DNA from: Bacteroides sp.
GTDB taxonomy: Bacteria; Bacteroidota; Bacteroidia; Bacteroidales; Bacteroidaceae
Assembly: GCA_015060765.1 (NCBI GenBank)
Contig: SUXW01000016.1
Location: forward strand, 420 to 64,419
Length of the DNA: 64,000 nt
Direction: 5' to 3'
Both the position numbers and the translations under genes were made by a program. The notes beneath the pieces were generated by a model. It had not been told where the DNA came from. It did no database searches and was given only the letters and a program-made list of their open reading frames with translations. This document shows, one piece after another, positions 58,791 to 64,000 of this stretch. Positions within the stretch are counted from its first letter, which is position 1. Each line of letters begins with the position of its first letter.

Positions 58791-60104
58791 TTATTCAAAT
58801 GAACCCATGCGGAGCATGTTCACTTCCATTTCTGTCAAATAACGCCAATCACCACGTTTCAAGCCCTTCTTTGTCAGACCAGCGAAATAAACACGATCCA
58901 ACTTGACTACCTTATATCCCAACGATTCAAAAATACGGCGAACGATACGATTCTTTCCTGAATGGATTTCAATACCTATCTGCTTCTTGTCTGTTTCAGA
59001 AGCATAGCTGATTGCATCTGCATGGATTTCACCGTCTTCCAGTGTAATACCAGCAGCTATCTGATCCAAATCGGCCTTTGTTACATTCTTGTCGCAATGA
59101 ACGTGGTAAATTTTCTTCTTCAGGTACTTCGGATGAGTCAATTTAGAAGCCAAGTCACCGTCGTTGGTCAACAACAAGACACCTGTAGTGTTTCTGTCCA
59201 GACGGCCAACCGGATAAATGCGTTCTTTACAAGCACCCTTTACATAATCCATTACAGTCTTACGTGCCTGTGGATCATCGGAAGTAGTTACGCAATCCTT
59301 CGGCTTATTCAATAGGATGTATGTTTTACGTTCAATGCTAATAGGTTGGTCGTGGAACTTGATTTCGTCCGTACGCTTAACTTTGGTACCCAATTCTGTT
59401 ACAACAACGCCATTAACCGATACGACACCTGCTGTAATGAAATCGTCGGCTTCACGACGAGAACAGATACCTGCATTTGCCATGAACTTATTCAAACGAA
59501 TCGGTTCGTTCGGATCGGTCAAGATATCTCTGTATTCTATCTGCTTCTTCTGGCTATATTTAGCATTCGGGTTATAATTACCGGTACGAGGACGTTGTGG
59601 ACGGTTTGGACGAGGACGTTGTTCGCCATAACCACCTTGATTGTAACCATTTGAATAAGGACGTTGCGGACGTTGTTCGCCATAACCACCGCCTTGATTA
59701 TAGCTGTTATAGCTATTTACACGAGGACGATAAGGACGTTGTTCGCCGTTTTCCGGATTAAAACGAGGGCGTTGCGGACGTTGTTCGCCATAACCACCTT
59801 GATTATAGTTGTTATAGCTGTTCACACGAGGACGGTAAGGGCGTTGTTCGCCGTTTTCCGAGTTGAAACGAGGACGTTGCGGACGTTGTTCGCCACCATT
59901 GTCGTAACGATTGTAAGAAGAACGATACACACGTTCTCCACCTTGGCTGTAACCGTTATTAGTACGAGGGCGGTAAGGGCGTTGCTCGCCATCGTTGTTG
60001 TATCTGTTGTAATTTACATACTCTCTGTTGTAGTTTCGGTTGTAACCGTTTTCACGTTCTTCATTTACAGAATCTTCAGGTCTGAAATCATTTTCGTTAT
60101 TCAT
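58791..60104 (-). CDS. rluB: RluB/RsuA-family pseudouridine synthase with long N-terminal disordered repeat region
   Basis: S4 domain IRLNKFMANAGICSRR, LNKP, VGRLD catalytic Asp. Confidence 0.88.
   Translation of the reverse strand: MNNENDFRPEDSVNEERENGYNRNYNREYVNYNRYNNDGEQRPYRPRTNNGYSQGGERVYRSSYNRYDNGGEQRPQRPRFNSENGEQRPYRPRVNSYNNYNQGGYGEQRPQRPRFNPENGEQRPYRPRVNSYNSYNQGGGYGEQRPQRPYSNGYNQGGYGEQRPRPNRPQRPRTGNYNPNAKYSQKKQIEYRDILTDPNEPIRLNKFMANAGICSRREADDFITAGVVSVNGVVVTELGTKVKRTDEIKFHDQPISIERKTYILLNKPKDCVTTSDDPQARKTVMDYVKGACKERIYPVGRLDRNTTGVLLLTNDGDLASKLTHPKYLKKKIYHVHCDKNVTKADLDQIAAGITLEDGEIHADAISYASETDKKQIGIEIHSGKNRIVRRIFESLGYKVVKLDRVYFAGLTKKGLKRGDWRYLTEMEVNMLRMGSFE
59580..59995 (-). repeat. Intragenic tandem repeats encoding GEQRP(Y/Q)RPR units
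   Basis: CGTTGCGGACGTTGTTCGCC recurs at 59662, 59770 and 59875 (108 and 105 bp periods); seven GEQRP copies in the protein. Confidence 0.9.
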
Positions 60105-60165
60105 AATTTTGTTCTTTAATTAATTAATATATAGGGCCCTCTCGGGCATTCTTTATTTTCTCAAA

Positions 60166-61512
60166 TTACATGCCTGTATAGTTATGCGGAGTTATCACAC
60201 GCAACTCTTTCTTTATATCTTCGCTTACTTCCAGTGTTTCAATAAATTCCTTGATTGATTTTTCTGTTATGGCTTGGTTCGTACGAGTCAAGGCCTTCAA
60301 TGCTTCATACGGATGCGGATAGGCTTCGCGACGAAGAATGGTCTGAATTGCTTCGGCCACTACGCTCCAACAATTGTCAAGATCTTCATAAATAACTTTT
60401 TCATTCAACAATAACTTACGCAAGCCCTTCAACGAACTTTGAATGGCAATGACGATATGGCCGAAAGGCACACCCACGTTACGAAGTACGGTAGAATCGG
60501 TCAAATCTCGTTGCAAACGAGATACCGGCAACTTGCTCGACAGATGTTCCAAAATAGTATTGGCCATACCCAAGTTACCTTCCGCATTTTCAAAATCGAT
60601 AGGATTCACTTTATGAGGCATCGCGCTTGATCCTACTTCACCGGCCTTAATCTTCTGTTTGAAATATTCCATCGAGATGTATTGCCAGAAATCGCGATTC
60701 ATATCAATCATAATGGTATTGATACGCTTCATGGCATCGAAGATGGCACCCAAATTGTCGTAGTTGGAAATCTGAGTGGTATACTCTTCTCTTTCCAAAC
60801 CCAACTTTTCAGCAACGAACTTATTGCCAAATGCTTTCCAATCATGTTCCGGATAAGCCACATGATGTGCATTGTAGTTACCTGTAGCACCACCGAACTT
60901 GGCGGTAATAGGACAAGCCTTGAGGGTAGCCAACTGACGGTTCAAGCGATAAACGAACACCATCACTTCTTTACCCAAGCGAGTAGGTGAAGCCGGCTGA
61001 CCGTGTGTCTTGGCCAACATCGGGATGTTTGCCCATTCTTCAGCGTATGCCTGCAATTGGGCAATCAACTCTTCGATAAGCGGATAATATACTTGTTCCA
61101 ACGCTTCCTTGATAGAAAGGGGAATAGAAGTATTGTTGATGTCTTGTGAAGTCAATCCGAAATGAATGAATTCCTTGTACTCTTCCAATCCACCCAACTT
61201 GTCGAATTCTTCCTTAATGAAATATTCTACAGCCTTCACATCGTGGTTGGTGATGCTTTCTATGTCCTTAACACGTTGTGCATCCGTTTCAGAAAAATTC
61301 CGATAAATGTCACGCAACGAATTGAAACGAGACGAATCCAAGGATTGCAATTGTGGCAAAGGGAGTTCACACAAAGTAATGAAGTATTCAATCTCAACCT
61401 GCACACGATACTTGATTAGTGCAAATTCCGAGAAATAAGAGGCCAAAGCTCCCGCTTTCCCTCTATAGCGGCCGTCAATCGGTGATATGGCCGTAAGCAA
61501 ATCGAGCTCCAT
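60166..61512 (-). CDS. purB: Adenylosuccinate lyase
   Basis: TAISPIDGRY, TNHDVKAVEY, GSSAMPHKVNPIDFEN. Confidence 0.97.
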   Translation of the reverse strand: MELDLLTAISPIDGRYRGKAGALASYFSEFALIKYRVQVEIEYFITLCELPLPQLQSLDSSRFNSLRDIYRNFSETDAQRVKDIESITNHDVKAVEYFIKEEFDKLGGLEEYKEFIHFGLTSQDINNTSIPLSIKEALEQVYYPLIEELIAQLQAYAEEWANIPMLAKTHGQPASPTRLGKEVMVFVYRLNRQLATLKACPITAKFGGATGNYNAHHVAYPEHDWKAFGNKFVAEKLGLEREEYTTQISNYDNLGAIFDAMKRINTIMIDMNRDFWQYISMEYFKQKIKAGEVGSSAMPHKVNPIDFENAEGNLGMANTILEHLSSKLPVSRLQRDLTDSTVLRNVGVPFGHIVIAIQSSLKGLRKLLLNEKVIYEDLDNCWSVVAEAIQTILRREAYPHPYEALKALTRTNQAITEKSIKEFIETLEVSEDIKKELRVITPHNYTGM

Positions 61513-61614
61513 AAATGTATTCTTTCTATCTTGATAATTATCAGAATGCAAAAATAATGCTTTTTATTAATATAACGTACGAATGTCTGATAAAGTTTTT
61601 TAAAGCAACGAAAA

Positions 61615-62964
61615 TCACTTCACAAAACCTTTCCTTGCCCACTTCATGCTGTTCCATCGGCGTACGAAGATAATGCCGCGGATATTTTCATCGAGCAGGA
61701 AGGCAAACCACATGCCTACCAGCCCCCATCCCCAATGTATGCCAAACAAATAGCCACAACCTACGGCTACGCCCCATTGCATCACCACACCCACATAGAA
61801 GGGGTAATTCACATCACCCGTTGCACGAAGGGCATTGGTGGCATAAATATTGATGGCCTTTCCTATTTCGAGGATGATGTCTACATAAAGCACCATGACC
61901 CCCATGCGGATAATTTCCGGATTGTCGGTCAGCCAACCAAACATCGTCTTGCCCATCAAGGCCCAGATGCACGATAGAGTTACAGATACCAGCACCGACA
62001 AACGCATGACGTATTTTCCCAACAGATAGGCGCCCCGAATACGCTTCTTGCCCACCAGGTGTCCGATGCTGATGGCTCCCCCTTGCGCCATGGCAATGGT
62101 AAACAAGTAGACAAACATTACCACATTCACCACATACATACGGGCGGCAAGCGCTTCGTTGCCCAACAAATTGATGAAATACGTAAGCACCACTTGCGAA
62201 AGGCTGTACGACATGTTCTCGCCCGCCGAGGGGATACCAATCTTCAATAAGTTTTTCAGCTCTATCCAGGGGAAAGGACGAAAATACTTCAACGGGAAAC
62301 GGGAAATATGTTTGCGGAAAAGTATTACGAAAAGAATCACCATCGACACGCCACGGGCAAAAGCAGTAGAGATAGCAGCACCCTCAACCCCCAATGCGGG
62401 CATACCGAACTTACCGAATATCAGCGTATAGTTACCGATAATGTTCAACACATTGACCACCACGACCACCATCATGGGATAAATGGCCTTGTCGGCACTT
62501 TTCAACGACGCCGAAATGGTGAGCGATAGGGCTTGGAAGAAAGCAAAAGCCCCCACAATCTCCATATAGTTCACCCCATAGGTCATCAGTTCCGCACGCA
62601 AACCCATCATGTGAAGCAACCAGGGAGCACCGAAATAAAGCACCGCACTCACACCCAAACCTATCAGGATATTGAGCAACAACGACACACCTACTACCTG
62701 AACCACCTTATGAGGCAACTTGGCTCCGAGATATTGCGAACAAAGCACAGACGTACCCATATTAATGATCTCGAAGATGAGGAAGGCGAACATCACCAGT
62801 TGGTTCACCACCCCTACGGCCGCGACGGCTTCATCGGAGTATTGGCTGAGCATAACGGTATCAACCGCCCCCAGCATCATGATGAGGAGCGTCTCTATAA
62901 AGATGGGGACTACCAGCTTACGAAGTCCTTCCTTGATCCCGTTTTTCCGTTTGTTCAATACCAT
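61615..62964 (-). CDS. MATE family efflux transporter
   Basis: About 12 TM segments, AVAAVGVVNQ, SQYLGA, PALGVEGAAIST; start uncertain (62964 or 62976). Confidence 0.92.
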   Translation of the reverse strand: MVLNKRKNGIKEGLRKLVVPIFIETLLIMMLGAVDTVMLSQYSDEAVAAVGVVNQLVMFAFLIFEIINMGTSVLCSQYLGAKLPHKVVQVVGVSLLLNILIGLGVSAVLYFGAPWLLHMMGLRAELMTYGVNYMEIVGAFAFFQALSLTISASLKSADKAIYPMMVVVVVNVLNIIGNYTLIFGKFGMPALGVEGAAISTAFARGVSMVILFVILFRKHISRFPLKYFRPFPWIELKNLLKIGIPSAGENMSYSLSQVVLTYFINLLGNEALAARMYVVNVVMFVYLFTIAMAQGGAISIGHLVGKKRIRGAYLLGKYVMRLSVLVSVTLSCIWALMGKTMFGWLTDNPEIIRMGVMVLYVDIILEIGKAINIYATNALRATGDVNYPFYVGVVMQWGVAVGCGYLFGIHWGWGLVGMWFAFLLDENIRGIIFVRRWNSMKWARKGFVK

Positions 62965-63088
62965 TCTTATACCCATTGAAAACCGCGTGCAAAAATACAA
63001 ATATTCCTACACATAGAGGTTTGACATAAGTCAAGAAAACGGACAAGGAACAACATACCGCATTCGTTTACACAAAGAGAGTGTGCCT

Positions 63089-63128
63089 AAAAAATAGTGG
63101 ATGTGTATTTCGACACACATCCACTTTC
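63089..63128 (-). terminator. Intrinsic terminator
   Basis: AGTGGATGTGT...ACACATCCACT hairpin with an A-run. Confidence 0.7.
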
Positions 63129-63146
63129 TTGGTTCTATCCCGATAT

Positions 63147-63980
63147 TCACTCGTCATTCAAGATCACTTCTATTGGTTCAGTAACTTCCAATTGCAACTT
63201 GGCATCCGGCCCTGTAGGCATATAAATCAACCGGCGGCATTCTTTGGAAGAAATCTGATTACGGACAAAACGGTTTCCTTTGATATATTCCGTATCAATA
63301 TCGAAGGAATCGGCATTTACCTGCCAATTGCGGACTCTGTCGCTATTGACATAAAGATGGTCGGCCCGTCCTTTATTCAAATGAATATAGGATGTGTTTT
63401 CTATTACCAACGTATCAAAATAACAATGATTCACTTCAACATTATTCGAAAAGTTTACGGTAAACTTTGGTCGGTTCATATGTAACAAGTTGGCACGATG
63501 GATATTCAAATCCACATTCAACAAAGATACTTCCTTCGGCAGAAACAAACTAACGGGAGAAGTTGATACTCTCAAAAAGTGTCTTTCATCCAATCCTTCC
63601 GGCCATTGGTTGCAAGGAGTAGAAATACCTATCACTAACGTATCCCCTTGAAGTTCCGTGCGGATATAAGGTTCCAAATCAGAGGCAATCTTCAATGCCG
63701 GAGCCGAATCTTCCGTTCCCACCAACTGAAAATCATTCTCCAATACAAAATTATGATAGCTCTCCACAATACCAGGTTTCACTTCCACGTTATGCATACC
63801 TTCTTTCTTAACCATCACATATTTACAGGCAGGTAGCGAAAGAACCTTCTCCTCCCCCTTGAGTGTAATCAACGAAGATACGCGCTCATCACCTTGGGTG
63901 GACAAAAAAGCAACTCCCCCAACAATCAAGCACACGGTAGCCACCAGCATGCCCATCATTATATATGTAGTCTTTTTCAT
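63147..63980 (-). CDS. Hypothetical membrane-anchored protein (putative adhesin/GIN-like beta domain)
   Basis: N-terminal TM segment; LQGDTLVI and repeated beta-strand pattern. Confidence 0.6.
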   Translation of the reverse strand: MKKTTYIMMGMLVATVCLIVGGVAFLSTQGDERVSSLITLKGEEKVLSLPACKYVMVKKEGMHNVEVKPGIVESYHNFVLENDFQLVGTEDSAPALKIASDLEPYIRTELQGDTLVIGISTPCNQWPEGLDERHFLRVSTSPVSLFLPKEVSLLNVDLNIHRANLLHMNRPKFTVNFSNNVEVNHCYFDTLVIENTSYIHLNKGRADHLYVNSDRVRNWQVNADSFDIDTEYIKGNRFVRNQISSKECRRLIYMPTGPDAKLQLEVTEPIEVILNDE

Positions 63981-64000
63981 AATCACTTCTTATTTTTGAG

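Noticed and set aside
59580-59995. Repeats in rluB as CRISPR or mobile DNA
   Set aside because: They are in-frame coding repeats.
61615-62976. Somewhat GC-richer MATE gene as a possible acquisition
   Set aside because: No mobility signatures; a hydrophobic membrane protein with modest compositional shift, not quantified.

Overview
A 64-kb chromosomal window from a Bacteroidales bacterium, probably Bacteroidaceae (Bacteroides/Phocaeicola-like). This is inferred from the SusC/SusD pair, TAnnTTTG -7 promoter boxes and conserved gene order. Most of it is core genome: hpt-adk-obgE-pgeF, nnr, fba, rpmE2, ddh-lgt, ruvA, cca, tsaB-murA-rimM-dxr-rseP, yicC-gmk-nadD, menA, rex-ispF, rplM-rpsI-rpsB-tsf, purB-rluB-asnS and a MATE transporter. 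Accessory blocks are (i) a SusC/SusD pair facing a DUF6057-like/PD40 lipoprotein pair, (ii) a compact 10-gene type II FAS/aryl-polyene-like lipid cluster (16.9-26.3 kb), (iii) two paralogous surface lipoproteins separated by a repeat- and palindrome-rich spacer (28.9-33.0 kb), and (iv) an AT-rich four-gene island (XRE regulator, hypothetical, YidD-TPR-TM2 fusion, stand-alone VirB10/TrbI-like protein) preceded by a ~160-nt RNA element with two mutually exclusive folds (49.2-51.9 kb). The strongest non-coding signals are an orphan ~245-nt sRNA candidate at 38.1-38.3 kb (own promoter, own terminator, about a dozen AGG/AAG-W motifs in a C-poor single-stranded core) and the attenuator-like leader at 51.65-51.81 kb. 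I saw no tRNA, rRNA, CRISPR array, integrase or transposase. All protein calls come from motif recognition by eye, not from database searches.
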